56,385 bases of DNA from an uncultured archaeon (GCA_938091805.1 CALKGV010000040.1:1-56385); one strand, 5' to 3'; counted from the first letter of the stretch, positions 26,564 to 36,772 are shown. Notes: generated by a model not told the origin, from the letters alone. Numbers and translations: made by a program.

Positions 26564-26953
26564 TTAATATACGTATGCTAGAAGTTTTCCTCCAACACCT
26601 CTCTTTATAGCCTCAATATGAGATATTACACCCTGCGATGTCGACACTATAAGTATACCCATGTTCTTGGCTGGAAGATAAGTCTTCTCCCATTTTTCTA
26701 AGTCTTTAACCTTGAATGAATACCTGGGTCTTATGGCTCCGCATTTATTTATTCTGCCCAATAGTTGAACCCTAAATTTCCCAGAGCGTCCATCATCAAT
26801 GAATTCGAATTCACCAATGTAACCGTTCATCTGCATAACCCTAAGTATACTGCCAAGTGCTTTTGAAGCTGGCATTATATAGCACTCCTTCTTTCTTCTC
26901 GTTTCATTATTCATTATTGTTGTTAAGCCGTTAGATATGGGATCCATCAGCAT
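26564..26953 (-). CDS. rps8: 30S ribosomal protein S8 (uS8)
   Basis: [21 protein letters not shown]…GKLLAYVY, in the expected operon position. Confidence 0.92.
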   Translation of the reverse strand: MLMDPISNGLTTIMNNETRRKKECYIMPASKALGSILRVMQMNGYIGEFEFIDDGRSGKFRVQLLGRINKCGAIRPRYSFKVKDLEKWEKTYLPAKNMGILIVSTSQGVISHIEAIKRGVGGKLLAYVY

Positions 26954-26967
26954 GAAACTTACCCCCT

Positions 26968-27138
26968 CTACTCGTACTTTTTGAAACCGAGTTTTTCAGC
27001 AATCTCCCTAAAGCAGTGGCGGCATAAGTTCAGCCCATACTTCCTCACAATAGGCCCATAGGAACCGCATCTTTTACAGGGTCTGCTACCCTTACCGTAT
27101 TTTCTTTCCTTCTTGCCGCCCTCATTTTTAGCGGTCAT
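26968..27138 (-). CDS. rps14: 30S ribosomal protein S14 (uS14, zinc type); not in the supplied ORF track (<60 aa)
   Basis: Hand translation gives [56 protein letters not shown] with CxxC…CxxC. ATGA overlap with the L5 stop. Canonical position between L5 and S8. Confidence 0.9.
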   Translation of the reverse strand: MTAKNEGGKKERKYGKGSRPCKRCGSYGPIVRKYGLNLCRHCFREIAEKLGFKKYE

Positions 27139-27647
27139 CTGCGTTTTTCCTCCGTTACCTCAACGCCTAATTCCTCTCTAATAAATGCCATTGCTTCCTC
27201 GGGGGTTAATAAATGTTTATGGCCAATCTTGGATCTTGCCCGTCGCCTATACTTCACCCTATAGCCCGGCCTACATAGTGATACTGAAACATCCATACCT
27301 ATTATGCCTAGATCCGGCGAATATTTTGTGCCTGGTACGTCAATGTGCTCCTTAATGCCAAATGAGAAATTTCCAGATTTATCAAACGAGCTTTCTGGGA
27401 TTTTATTGTCCACAGCCTCTAGAGCTCTTTTTAGAAATTCTAAGGCTCTTTCCCCCCTTAATGTTGTGACGCATGCTATGGGTTCATTTCGTCTTATACC
27501 AAAATCCCTAATAGTTTTCTTCGCCCTCCTGAAGCACGGTTTCTGCCCGGTTAACTCCTCAATTATCTTCATGCCTTTTTCAAGAGGTTCCCCTGATCTT
27601 CCAACACAAACATTTATAACAACTTTCTCTATTCTTGGCTTAAGCAT
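27135..27647 (-). CDS. rpl5: 50S ribosomal protein L5 (uL5)
   Basis: [17 protein letters not shown]…[11 protein letters not shown], in the expected operon position. Confidence 0.93.
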   Translation of the reverse strand: MLKPRIEKVVINVCVGRSGEPLEKGMKIIEELTGQKPCFRRAKKTIRDFGIRRNEPIACVTTLRGERALEFLKRALEAVDNKIPESSFDKSGNFSFGIKEHIDVPGTKYSPDLGIIGMDVSVSLCRPGYRVKYRRRARSKIGHKHLLTPEEAMAFIREELGVEVTEEKRR

Positions 27648-27678
27648 GGGATTTGCCTCCCATTTACTTATAAAATTT

Positions 27679-28461
27679 TCAGCTGACAGATTGCACCACC
27701 TCCAGTTTGGGCAAAGATATTATGGGCGTCTTTTCGCCTATCACAAATATGTAGTCCAGTATTGTCCTGAGATCCTCCCCTTCGCTGCCCTCTATTGTTA
27801 CGAGACTACTCCGCTTTTTCTGTCCCTCTTGTTTTTCAATCGCCTTAATCACGCCATATTTTCCAGCGTTTTTACCACCGATTATCATGGCTATTTTACC
27901 TAAATCTAGACTTAAATGCTCCATTATCTTATGGTCCGGAACCTCAATTTTTAAAGAGTCAAGCGTTTGGAAAACGTTCCCCGCTGGGCTACGCGGGTCC
28001 TCGCTTCTTATTAATATATTTCTTCCATCGTGGAGATTTAACTGCGTATGTCCACCATTAAGGGTAGTCTTATTTTCAATTCTGCAGATTTTATATTTTG
28101 CCTCCTCCTCACTTATCTGATGAAGGGTTAAGCCCTCCCTCCATGGTAGAACCCTATAGTTGGCGTTTATCTCCGGTATAGTTATGACATCCATTAGCCC
28201 GACGGGGAAATGTTCATCGCATCTATATCTTCCATCAACCAGAATCTTGCCCTGAGATATTATCTTCTTAGATTCCCTCATGGTTTTTGCAAAACCAAGA
28301 TAATCACGCACAATAACCCCTAATGGAATACATTGACTGATGGGGTGAGGCCCAGGGCCGGGTTTAATGACCCATGTAAACCTCTTGCGGTGAATAGACC
28401 AGAAATCTGGAGCGGCTTCCCGCTTAAGATGCCTTCTACCACCCATACTTCCCATCATCAC
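27679..28461 (-). CDS. rps4e: 30S ribosomal protein S4e
   Basis: [20 protein letters not shown]…. Three consecutive ATGs follow GGAGGTG and overlap the L24 stop. Confidence 0.93.
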   Translation of the reverse strand: MMMGSMGGRRHLKREAAPDFWSIHRKRFTWVIKPGPGPHPISQCIPLGVIVRDYLGFAKTMRESKKIISQGKILVDGRYRCDEHFPVGLMDVITIPEINANYRVLPWREGLTLHQISEEEAKYKICRIENKTTLNGGHTQLNLHDGRNILIRSEDPRSPAGNVFQTLDSLKIEVPDHKIMEHLSLDLGKIAMIIGGKNAGKYGVIKAIEKQEGQKKRSSLVTIEGSEGEDLRTILDYIFVIGEKTPIISLPKLEVVQSVS

Positions 28462-28889
28462 GCACCTCCAATACCTTTAGGAGATATAGCGGTGTCTTCA
28501 ACCTCTTCTCCCTTAGTTTCCTCAGTGAAGCCTTTTCTCTCCAATATCCTTTTCCTATTTTTATCATCAAGGTTTAGACGGATTATTTCAACCTTTGATG
28601 GATGTATCGGGACAAGCACGGTTGTTCCATCAGATTTCTGTCGCGTTATACCCTCAATAAATATGCGATATTTCTTTCTGTCAACCCTTAACACTTTTCC
28701 CTCAACGCCTTTGTAGTCGCCCCTAAGAATTCTAACAGTGTCATCCCTTCTTATTGGAAGAGACCTAGTATTATATGAATTACGCAGTTCAGGAGATAAG
28801 TGGGCTGAAAGAATCTTACCGCGCATATGATAAGGCGCCTGAAAGAGTCTTTTTCTCTGTTTACCTGGTTTAGAAGTTTTATTTTTCAT
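28458..28889 (-). CDS. rpl24: 50S ribosomal protein L24 (uL24)
   Basis: [23 protein letters not shown]…[15 protein letters not shown] (KOW). Confidence 0.93.
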   Translation of the reverse strand: MKNKTSKPGKQRKRLFQAPYHMRGKILSAHLSPELRNSYNTRSLPIRRDDTVRILRGDYKGVEGKVLRVDRKKYRIFIEGITRQKSDGTTVLVPIHPSKVEIIRLNLDDKNRKRILERKGFTEETKGEEVEDTAISPKGIGGA

Positions 28890-28908
28890 GGTTCAAACCG
28901 CCATCAAC

Positions 28909-29349
28909 CTAAATTATTATGCTTGCTGCGCTAGCTATCCTCGACCATCTTTCAGCCGCCTCTCTTGCTACTGGTCCACGTATCTCAGAACCCCGCATCT
29001 CCCCCTCCGGAGTTATAATTACAGCCGCGTTATCTTCGAATTGAATCCAGTTTCCCTCAGGGCGTCGATAAGGCTTTCTTTGTCTAATTATCACTGCGTG
29101 AAAAATCTTTTTTCTCATGTCCGGCGTTCCCCTTCTGACTGAGACTATTACTGCATCTCCCACAGAAGCCGCTGGGACCCTTCTATGCCTACCCTTATAG
29201 CCTATAACTTGGATCACCCTCAGAACCTTAGCTCCAGAATTGTCAGCGCATTTAATTAATGATCCGGCATTAACGCCTCTGCTAATTTTCATTCTAGGCC
29301 TGCCAGCGCCCTTAGCTTGTAAACCCCTAGTTTTTGCCTTAGCTGCCAT
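28909..29349 (-). CDS. rpl14: 50S ribosomal protein L14 (uL14)
   Basis: IKCADNSGAKVLRVIQVIGYKG…AVIIRQRKPYRR. Confidence 0.93.
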   Translation of the reverse strand: MAAKAKTRGLQAKGAGRPRMKISRGVNAGSLIKCADNSGAKVLRVIQVIGYKGRHRRVPAASVGDAVIVSVRRGTPDMRKKIFHAVIIRQRKPYRRPEGNWIQFEDNAAVIITPEGEMRGSEIRGPVAREAAERWSRIASAASIII

Positions 29350-29350
29350 T

Positions 29351-29674
29351 TTAGGTCACCTTTCCCAATTTTTCTATTATCACAAAGGAAACTGTTTTGC
29401 TTATTGGTTTGCACTCAGCTACTCTTACAACATCGTTCTCAACAGCATTTATGCATGGCGGATTATGAGCTGGTATGTGAGTATGTCTCTGCTCATAGCG
29501 TTTATACTTCGGCACATACTTCAAGTAGTTACGTCGCACGATAACGGTCTTATCCATCTTAGCGCTTATAACAACGCCCTCAAGTATTCTGCCCCTTACT
29601 TTCAATGAGCCATGGAAAGGACAGTTTAGGTCATCACAGGTTTTCTCAGGTTTTTTAACCGTTTTAAGCGGCAT
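29351..29674 (-). CDS. rps17: 30S ribosomal protein S17 (uS17)
   Basis: CDDLNCPFHGSLKVRGRILEGVVISAKMDKTVIV…VRVAECKPISKTVSF. Confidence 0.92.
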   Translation of the reverse strand: MPLKTVKKPEKTCDDLNCPFHGSLKVRGRILEGVVISAKMDKTVIVRRNYLKYVPKYKRYEQRHTHIPAHNPPCINAVENDVVRVAECKPISKTVSFVIIEKLGKVT

Positions 29675-29955
29675 TACCAGCGTCTCCTAATGATTTTTTT
29701 AACTCTATCTTCCGGGCGTCCAATTAAAACTTTACCATTCACTTCAATAACGGTTTTATCCGGTAGGGTGAAATGGAAAACGCAATCTTTTTTAATTAAA
29801 ATTTTCTCATCACCATTATGAAGTATTTTAAATGTGTTTTTAGTTTCGTCTATTATCTTACCTGATAGACCAATACATGAGGGGTTTGAGCTCTTTACAA
29901 CCTTAACCCTGAGGCCAATGAGCTCATCCTGAAGGATGTGGGAGAGATTCCTCAT
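29674..29955 (-). CDS. rnp1: RNase P protein component 1 (Rpp29/Pop4 homologue)
   Basis: LIGLRVKVVKSSNPSCIGLSGKIIDETKNTFKI. Canonical position between L29 and S17. Confidence 0.85.
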   Translation of the reverse strand: MRNLSHILQDELIGLRVKVVKSSNPSCIGLSGKIIDETKNTFKILHNGDEKILIKKDCVFHFTLPDKTVIEVNGKVLIGRPEDRVKKIIRRRW

Positions 29956-30161
29956 TTGCCCTTTCTATCCTCCTCATTATTTACAGTTAATATTCGAGCT
30001 ATTGTTCGCCTAATCTCTTTAATTCTTGCAGGTTTCTCAACGGATCCCCCGGATTTAATCATAGTTTTTAACTTAGCGAGTTCAACGCGCAAATCATTTA
30101 ATCTTTTTTCACGTTCTTCACGCGCCATTTTCCTAATCTCTTTAATTCTAAGAATCGCCAT
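29952..30161 (-). CDS. rpl29: 50S ribosomal protein L29 (uL29)
   Basis: MAILRIKEIRKMAREEREKRLNDLRVELAKLK. The ORF opens at 30185, but the L29 consensus begins at ATG 30161. Confidence 0.88.
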   Translation of the reverse strand: MAILRIKEIRKMAREEREKRLNDLRVELAKLKTMIKSGGSVEKPARIKEIRRTIARILTVNNEEDRKGK

Positions 30162-30807
30162 TTCCCCCTTCCCCCTCTTTGCCACTTAAGATTTGATCAT
30201 TCAATGCGGCTTCTTCAATTATTTTAACTTCATCTGGGAACCTCGCATCTGGAGAAACTATGAGAACCTGAACACCAAATATGCCGGGCTTGAGCTGAAC
30301 ATGTGCAACGGCTTTTCTAACGTACTTCATCGCAGGGTCTCCACTTTTGGGTATGTATCCGTCACGAAACTTTTCTGCGCGAGCGCGCTCAGTTCTTAGC
30401 TTGCCACTTATAATTATTTCAACGCCTAATGCGCCAGCCCCCATTATTTGATTTAAGGCCCAGAAGGCAACCCTCCTAAAGTGGACGCCGCGCCTTAAGG
30501 CCGCGGCCACCCGGGAGGCCATAACGTAGGGGTTTAATTCCGGTATCTCAATTTCGGCTACAGAGATCTGCGGGTTCGGTAAATTGAACTTTTCTTCTAA
30601 AACCTTAGCTAGATTCTTTATCGTTTCTCCACCACGCCCTATTATGAGGCCGGGGCGCATGGCGTACACAACCACATTTGTTCCAAGCGGGGTTTTTGTT
30701 ATATCAACCCCCCCATAACCGGCCCTTTCAAATTCCTTCCAGAGGAATTCGTCTATCTCAGCTCTCTTAATGTTCTCATCAATAAAATGCTTGATAGTGG
30801 ACATCAT
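30148..30807 (-). CDS. rps3: 30S ribosomal protein S3 (uS3)
   Basis: KH domain (GRGGETIKNLAKVLEEKF) and a C-terminal S3 domain. Confidence 0.93.
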   Translation of the reverse strand: MMSTIKHFIDENIKRAEIDEFLWKEFERAGYGGVDITKTPLGTNVVVYAMRPGLIIGRGGETIKNLAKVLEEKFNLPNPQISVAEIEIPELNPYVMASRVAAALRRGVHFRRVAFWALNQIMGAGALGVEIIISGKLRTERARAEKFRDGYIPKSGDPAMKYVRKAVAHVQLKPGIFGVQVLIVSPDARFPDEVKIIEEAALNDQILSGKEGEGGNGDS

Positions 30808-31271
30808 GCTCCCCCTTTAACTTGCTCAAGAACTATCTCAACATGGCATAGTGTTTCAAAACGCGGCGTAGCCCTCCCGAAAGCCCTAGGCATGTATCTT
30901 CTGATTTTAGCACCCGGGTAGGCTGCTGCATGAGTAACTCTAAGGTTCTCCAAATCTAAACCTTTAAAGTCAGCGTTTGCTTCAGCGCTTTCAAGAACCT
31001 CTAGTATTCTTCTGGCAGCTTTAACCGGGTATCTGCCGGCTCCTTGTAGGCCTCTTCTATGAGGCAACTTCTTATTATACCTTTTAAATGGGACCGGCTT
31101 CTTTTTAGCAATTAATTGCCTTAAGTACTCTTTCGCATCGTCAAGCATCATACCCTTAATTGCCGCGCAGACTTCCCTGGCTGCCTTAGGCGATATTCTA
31201 AGATCTCTGCCGCTTGCCTTTGCCGTAATGCTTGGATCCAGATTAGTTACTGAGTATCCCCAATTTGGCAC
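30804..31271 (-). CDS. rpl22: 50S ribosomal protein L22 (uL22); first gene of the block
   Basis: KASGRDLRISPKAAREVCAAIKGM…. GTG start after GGTGA. TATA-like CTTATAAATC lies about 45 nt upstream. Confidence 0.9.
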   Translation of the reverse strand: MPNWGYSVTNLDPSITAKASGRDLRISPKAAREVCAAIKGMMLDDAKEYLRQLIAKKKPVPFKRYNKKLPHRRGLQGAGRYPVKAARRILEVLESAEANADFKGLDLENLRVTHAAAYPGAKIRRYMPRAFGRATPRFETLCHVEIVLEQVKGGA

Positions 31272-31359
31272 CGAGCATTCACCATCTTTGTCTCAAACAA
31301 AAATACGTGGTGATTTATAAGAGTTTTCCTAGCGGATTTTAATTTTCAGAGGAATCAAT

Positions 31360-31656
31360 TTAGGCTTGTAAGATGCCGCCGCCTATTGGCGTCATTAAAG
31401 TCACTGTATCTCCATTTTTCAGAACAATCTCTTTTTTGTCCGTTGGATTTACAGATAATCCATTAAGCATTATTACTAGGGTTGGATCTATCGGGTTTTC
31501 ATCTTTCATCTTGATTATGCTCTTCAACACGTTATGTGTCTCAACTATGTTATTCAGTAGATCTCTAAGTAAATAGCCCTCCATTAGGTCATATTCCTCC
31601 TCTTTCCTTCCGATTTTCTGTCTTATTAATCCAAGATAAACAACTTTCACTTTCAT
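31360..31656 (-). CDS. MoaD/ThiS-fold ubiquitin-like small protein (SAMP-like) with residues after the GG motif
   Basis: MKVKVVYLGLIRQKIGRKEEEYDL…NGDTVTLMTPIGGGILQA matches the archaeal MoaD-family layout, but the sequence continues (G)ILQA past the usual terminal GG. Confidence 0.65.
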   Translation of the reverse strand: MKVKVVYLGLIRQKIGRKEEEYDLMEGYLLRDLLNNIVETHNVLKSIIKMKDENPIDPTLVIMLNGLSVNPTDKKEIVLKNGDTVTLMTPIGGGILQA

Positions 31657-31806
31657 TTCTCTCTAAAATCGATGGATGCTTAAGAAAATTTAAACTTTCC
31701 TATCAGCGTGATGGGCGTCTGGTACCAGAAAAGATCAAAAGTATGTCTATCATATTTTTATATCTGCCCTACGCTAATATACATGTCATAGATTGAGGTT
31801 TAGAAG

Positions 31807-32358
31807 TTGCTGGACGAAAGCGGCTTAAGATCACTTATAGAACATTCGGATTTCATGTTTGAAAATAACTTTGTTAATGTGGTAGCTATTATAAATCATC
31901 CTAAAATAGAGCTGGTCGGATTATCCATCGGCCCCTTCGAAGAGGGAAAGGATTACGACATTAGATTGTGGATAGCGCAGGAACTGGAGAGGGATGGTGT
32001 AGTGAAGATTAAGGAGGGGGCGCTTGATGCGACAAAACTTTATAGAATTCAGTGGACTGAACGTATCCAAGCCGTCAGCCAGCTCTCCTCTTTACCGGAA
32101 GATTTTTACCCAAAACTGCGTCGCATGATTGAAGATTTAAGGTCTGCCTCTAAAACCAGCCCTGAAAAAATGAGGGAATACGAATATGTTCAGAATCTTT
32201 CACTGGACATAATTAATTGCCGGCTTAAAAAGATAATTTCTTTAGCTTCCTCGTCAACTCAGGAAAGCCTGACTTTAAAGAATCTAACTCTTGAGGAGCG
32301 GGATCTCTATGAGCGGATACGCCGAATAATTAACGAGTGGAGGTCAAAAATATTTTAG
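31807..32358 (+). CDS. gins23: GINS complex subunit, Gins23-type
   Basis: The beta-rich B-domain motif (GPFEEGKDYDIRLWIAQELERDGVVKI) is N-terminal and the helical domain C-terminal, which is the Psf2/3 order. Sits immediately upstream of mcm, as in Sulfolobus. TTG start after GAGGT. Confidence 0.7.
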   Translation: MLDESGLRSLIEHSDFMFENNFVNVVAIINHPKIELVGLSIGPFEEGKDYDIRLWIAQELERDGVVKIKEGALDATKLYRIQWTERIQAVSQLSSLPEDFYPKLRRMIEDLRSASKTSPEKMREYEYVQNLSLDIINCRLKKIISLASSSTQESLTLKNLTLEERDLYERIRRIINEWRSKIF

Positions 32359-32379
32359 AGCGAAAAGGGTGATTGAATT

Positions 32380-34422
32380 ATGACGGAGATTTTAGTTGAG
32401 AAGCCGATTGAAAAATTTCACATGATATTCAAGTCAACTAAATATCGTAATAGGATTGCGCAGATGGCTTTAAATGCCTCCACATCACTTGTTTTAGACT
32501 TTGAAGATGTTTTGATGGTTGATCGGCGCCTAGCGGATGGTCTACTTGAAAAGCCTTATGATCTCCTTAGCTACGCTAATAGCGCTGCTTTTGAGCAGTT
32601 GCAGATTGAAGATCCGGAATATGCGGAGAAGATTAAAGAGCTGGGTGTTACTGTGCGTGTTCGTGGAATACCGCGTATAACACCATTACGCAGACTAGGA
32701 TCGGAGCATATTGGCAAGCTAGTTATGATTGAGGGAATAATAATGCGTGCAACAAATGTTAGGCCCATAGTTACCATAGCGATCTTCAGATGTAAGAGGT
32801 GTGAAACAAAGATGGAGGTTCTCCAAAGCGGAGCTTTCTTAACGCTGCCATTCAAGTGTGCAAACCCGCGTTGCGGCAAAGGCGGACCCTTTGAGTTCAT
32901 GCAGGAAGAATCTAGGTTCATGGATTATCAGGAACTGAGAATACAGGAGTATCCGGAGGATATTCCGCCTGGTCAAACCCCTCGTTCTCTGGATATTAGG
33001 CTACTTGGAAAAGATCTTGTCGATACCGCTAGACCGGGAGACCGTGTTTATGTTGTTGGCGTGGTAGGCGCCGAATCTGCATCCTACCCTAGGACTGGCA
33101 GGGCTAGGGCTTTCACGCTGTATATCGACGCGAACTTTATTGATGCAGCCGGTAAGGAGGCCGAATCCCTTTATATATCGCCGGAGGAAGAGGAGCAGAT
33201 TTTAAAGATGGCTAAAGATCCGCTTATACATCGGAAGATCGTTCAGTCAATAGCTCCGTCAATATTTGGCTATGAGCATATTAAAGAGGCCATAATGTAC
33301 CTTTTGTTCGGAGGGGTTCCTAAGTATCTTCCAGACATAAACATAAGAGGCGAAATAAATATACTTCTAATAGGGGATCCGGGAACCGCCAAATCCCAGT
33401 TGTTGCGTTATGTCCAAAGAATAGCGCCTAGAGGGCTCTACACAAGCGGCAGGGGAACAACTGCAGCTGGCTTAACAGCCGCGGTTTTACCATCTCCAGC
33501 CGGCGGAATGACCCTTGAGGCTGGGGCGCTTGTTTTGGCCGATAAGGGCATAGCGTGCATAGATGAGATTGATAAGATGAGGCCTGAAGATAGGGTTGCT
33601 ATACATGAAGCTATGGAGCAGCATACGATTTCTGTGGCTAAGGGAGGGATTGTGGCAACGCTAAATGCTAGGACAGCGATATTGGCAGCGGCTAATCCGG
33701 CATTAGGCAGATATGATCCCTATAGAACTGTTGCGGAGAACATATCTTTGCCAGTAACGATCCTTTCAAGGTTTGATTTAATTTTTGTTCTAAGAGATGT
33801 TCCGGAGAAGGATTATGATGCCCAAATGAGTGAACACTTATTAAGGTTACATATGAAAGAAGCTCCGCCTATAGAACCGCCGATTCCACCTGATCTACTA
33901 AGGAAATACGTAGCATATGCGAGGAATAATGTTAGGCCATCTCTTACAGCAGAAGCGATGGACCGCCTAAAGGAGTTCTATTTGGCTATGCGATCTGCAA
34001 GTGAGGGTGAGGGTTCACCGATTGCTATCACAGCTCGCCAGCTTGAGTCTTTAGTTAGAATATCTGAGGCCAGGGCGCGCGCCGCACTTAGAAATATTGT
34101 TTTAGTTGAGGATGCCGAGGCGGCTATAGCGATAACTAAGAGGTCTCTTGAAGAGGTTGGCATAGATGTTTCCTCCCGTAAATTTGACATAGATATAATA
34201 ATGGTTGGAAAACCTAAGAGCGTGCAGGACAAGCTTAGGGCTATATTGAACACTTTAATTGAAATGGAACGAGAATCTGGGATGGTTAGCAGAGCTGATC
34301 TCTTGGAAAAACTTAGCAGCGAATACGATATATCAAAGAGCGAAGCTGAAAAACTTATAGCGCAAATGATACGTGAAGGAACGCTCTACGAGCCCAGAGG
34401 CGGCTATTTGAAGAAGACGTAA
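32380..34422 (+). CDS. mcm: replicative helicase MCM
   Basis: Zn finger CKRCETK…CANPRCG, Walker A GDPGTAKSQLL, Walker B CIDEIDKM, arginine finger SRFDLIF. 680 aa with no intein. Confidence 0.95.
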   Translation: MTEILVEKPIEKFHMIFKSTKYRNRIAQMALNASTSLVLDFEDVLMVDRRLADGLLEKPYDLLSYANSAAFEQLQIEDPEYAEKIKELGVTVRVRGIPRITPLRRLGSEHIGKLVMIEGIIMRATNVRPIVTIAIFRCKRCETKMEVLQSGAFLTLPFKCANPRCGKGGPFEFMQEESRFMDYQELRIQEYPEDIPPGQTPRSLDIRLLGKDLVDTARPGDRVYVVGVVGAESASYPRTGRARAFTLYIDANFIDAAGKEAESLYISPEEEEQILKMAKDPLIHRKIVQSIAPSIFGYEHIKEAIMYLLFGGVPKYLPDINIRGEINILLIGDPGTAKSQLLRYVQRIAPRGLYTSGRGTTAAGLTAAVLPSPAGGMTLEAGALVLADKGIACIDEIDKMRPEDRVAIHEAMEQHTISVAKGGIVATLNARTAILAAANPALGRYDPYRTVAENISLPVTILSRFDLIFVLRDVPEKDYDAQMSEHLLRLHMKEAPPIEPPIPPDLLRKYVAYARNNVRPSLTAEAMDRLKEFYLAMRSASEGEGSPIAITARQLESLVRISEARARAALRNIVLVEDAEAAIAITKRSLEEVGIDVSSRKFDIDIIMVGKPKSVQDKLRAILNTLIEMERESGMVSRADLLEKLSSEYDISKSEAEKLIAQMIREGTLYEPRGGYLKKT

Positions 34423-34439
34423 AAAAAGGGTTTAAAGTC

Positions 34440-36683
34440 TTGTTCATTGAAGAATTAGTTATACATCCAGAAGTAAAAAAGGTTCTACTAGAATCTGATA
34501 TAAAGACGTTGTTCCCACCGCAGGAGGAAGCCATAAAATCTGGCGCTCTTGAGGGTAAAAATCTTCTTTTGGCAAGCCCAACAGCCTCAGGTAAAACCCT
34601 AGTGGCCGAATTATGTGCGCTTAAACATATTTTGGAAAGGGATGGCAAGGTTCTTTATCTAACACCATTGAGGGCGCTGGCAAACGAGAAATATGAGGAA
34701 TTTAGAAAATACACTGTTATTAAGAAGCCTAATGGCAGAAAAATCAGCGTTGGAATAAGCACTGGTGACTTTGATAGTAGCGATCCGTGGCTCGGCAAAT
34801 TCGACATAATAATTACAACCAATGAGAAATGCGATTCACTATTAAGACACAGGACCCCTTGGATGAGCGAAATCTCGCTTATCGTCGCTGATGAAGTTCA
34901 TCTGCTTAATGATGTTGAGAGAGGTCCGACGCTGGAGGTTATTCTTGCGCGTTTAATGCAGGTGAACCCGGATGTTCAAATATTGGCCTTAAGCGCGACT
35001 GTTAGAAATTCCGATGAGATTGCTGAGTGGCTTAAAGCCGTTGCCATAACAACTGAATGGCGGCCGGTTAAGCTCCGTGAAGGAGTTCTTCTCAATGATG
35101 AGGTTCAATTTAAGGATGGAGGTTCAATTAAAATAAACCAGATTGTTAAAGATCCTGCGATAAATCTGGCCTTACACGGTGTTAAACATGGCGGGCAAGT
35201 TCTAATCTTTGCCCCCTCAAGAAAGAACGCTGTTAGATTGGCTAGGAAGGCATCTCAAGAAATGAGCAATTTGCTTACCAAGTCTTTGAAGCGCTCGCTG
35301 AACAGCGTTGCTGAGGAGATTCAGTCTTCAGGTGAAAGAACAAGGATTAGCGAGCTCTTATCTGATTTAGTGAAAAATGGCGTTGCATTTCACCACGCTG
35401 GGCTTTCAGGTGTCCACCGGAAGATAATAGAGGATGCGTTCCGCGATGGAAAGATTAAGATTCTCACAGCCACTCCGACTTTAGCTTTTGGTGTAAACTT
35501 GCCCGCTAGGGTTGTTGTCATAAGCGATTATAGACGCTACGAGCCTGGATACGGCTATTACCCAATTACGGTTCTTGAATATAAGCAGATGGTTGGAAGA
35601 GCTGGTCGCCCAAAATATGATGACATTGGCGAATCAATCCTAATTGCAAAAACCGAAGGAGAAAGGGACTACTTAATGGACAGCTTCATTCTCGCTAAGC
35701 CGGAGAGAATATGGTCTAAGCTTGGCGTTGAGAAAGTTCTTAGAGGCCATGTTCTCGCAACAATAGCATCTGAGTTTGCTTTTTCAGAGCAAGGTATATA
35801 TGATTTCTTCGGTAAAACGTTATTTGCTCTTCAATATGATATTAGGGCAATAAAGGGTGCAATAGCAAAAATACTGAGGTTTCTTCATAACGAGGGTATG
35901 ATAAGGTATGAGGGAGACTATTTTAAGGCTACAACTTTCGGATTAAGAGTATCACAACTATATATCGATCCGGTTTCAGCAATAATAATTCGAGACTCAT
36001 TTAAGGCTGAGGCGCCGAAACTTACCAACATAAGTTTCCTTCACATGATTTCCCGCACGCCAGATATGGACCCGAAAGTTAGGCCCCTATCTAATGAAAT
36101 TAGCAGGTTATCGCTATTCATTGATGAACATCACAACGAGTTTCTTGTAAATCCACCTGATGAGTGGGCCGATAGGGTAGATTATGAGGAATTCCTAAGC
36201 GAAGTTAAGACGGCGCTTGTACTGAATGCTTGGATAGAAGAGCGCTCGGAGGATGAAATAATCGAGATGTTTGGGGTTGAGCCCGGGGACTTATACCACT
36301 TAACAGAGACGGCCAAGTGGCTTCTTTACGCATCGTATGAGCTAGCGAAGTTGTTTGAGTATAAAGTTTTTCTGCCCAAGCTCGCTGAACTCATGGCAAG
36401 AGTTGAAAAGGGGGTTAGAGCGGAGCTTCTGCCAATAGCGAGGCTTGAAGGGGTTGGAAGGGTTAGAGCACGCATACTTTATAATGCTGGGCTGAGGACA
36501 ATTGAAGATTTAAAAAAGGCTCCAATAAGTAGGCTGATGGAGCTTCCCCTTATAGGATCTAAAATGGCCAAAAGCATCAAGGAGCAAGTCGGCGGACTGG
36601 TAGACATTAACGAATGGAAAGAGATCTCTAAACTTAAGAAGCCTGAGCAGCAACATCTCATGAAATACTATGACAAAGAATAG
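34440..36683 (+). CDS. hel308: Hel308 / Ski2-like DNA helicase
   Basis: ASPTASGKT, ADEVHLL, LSATVRN, FHHAGL and GRAGRPKYD motifs, plus a C-terminal HhH-like domain. TTG start 17 nt after the mcm stop. Confidence 0.9.
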   Translation: MFIEELVIHPEVKKVLLESDIKTLFPPQEEAIKSGALEGKNLLLASPTASGKTLVAELCALKHILERDGKVLYLTPLRALANEKYEEFRKYTVIKKPNGRKISVGISTGDFDSSDPWLGKFDIIITTNEKCDSLLRHRTPWMSEISLIVADEVHLLNDVERGPTLEVILARLMQVNPDVQILALSATVRNSDEIAEWLKAVAITTEWRPVKLREGVLLNDEVQFKDGGSIKINQIVKDPAINLALHGVKHGGQVLIFAPSRKNAVRLARKASQEMSNLLTKSLKRSLNSVAEEIQSSGERTRISELLSDLVKNGVAFHHAGLSGVHRKIIEDAFRDGKIKILTATPTLAFGVNLPARVVVISDYRRYEPGYGYYPITVLEYKQMVGRAGRPKYDDIGESILIAKTEGERDYLMDSFILAKPERIWSKLGVEKVLRGHVLATIASEFAFSEQGIYDFFGKTLFALQYDIRAIKGAIAKILRFLHNEGMIRYEGDYFKATTFGLRVSQLYIDPVSAIIIRDSFKAEAPKLTNISFLHMISRTPDMDPKVRPLSNEISRLSLFIDEHHNEFLVNPPDEWADRVDYEEFLSEVKTALVLNAWIEERSEDEIIEMFGVEPGDLYHLTETAKWLLYASYELAKLFEYKVFLPKLAELMARVEKGVRAELLPIARLEGVGRVRARILYNAGLRTIEDLKKAPISRLMELPLIGSKMAKSIKEQVGGLVDINEWKEISKLKKPEQQHLMKYYDKE

Positions 36684-36772
36684 TCAAAGAATAGTAATTT
36701 AAGAAAAAATAAATAGGGAACTTTTAGCGTTACTATTTCAATGGCTCCTCTACTGGTTGAGGTGTTACATGC

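Noticed and set aside
31657-31806. The 150-bp divergent spacer between the MoaD-like gene and gins23, considered as a replication origin because it lies next to replication genes.
   Set aside because: No repeated ORB-like boxes and no orc1/cdc6 gene nearby. It is AT-rich but consistent with ordinary divergent promoters.
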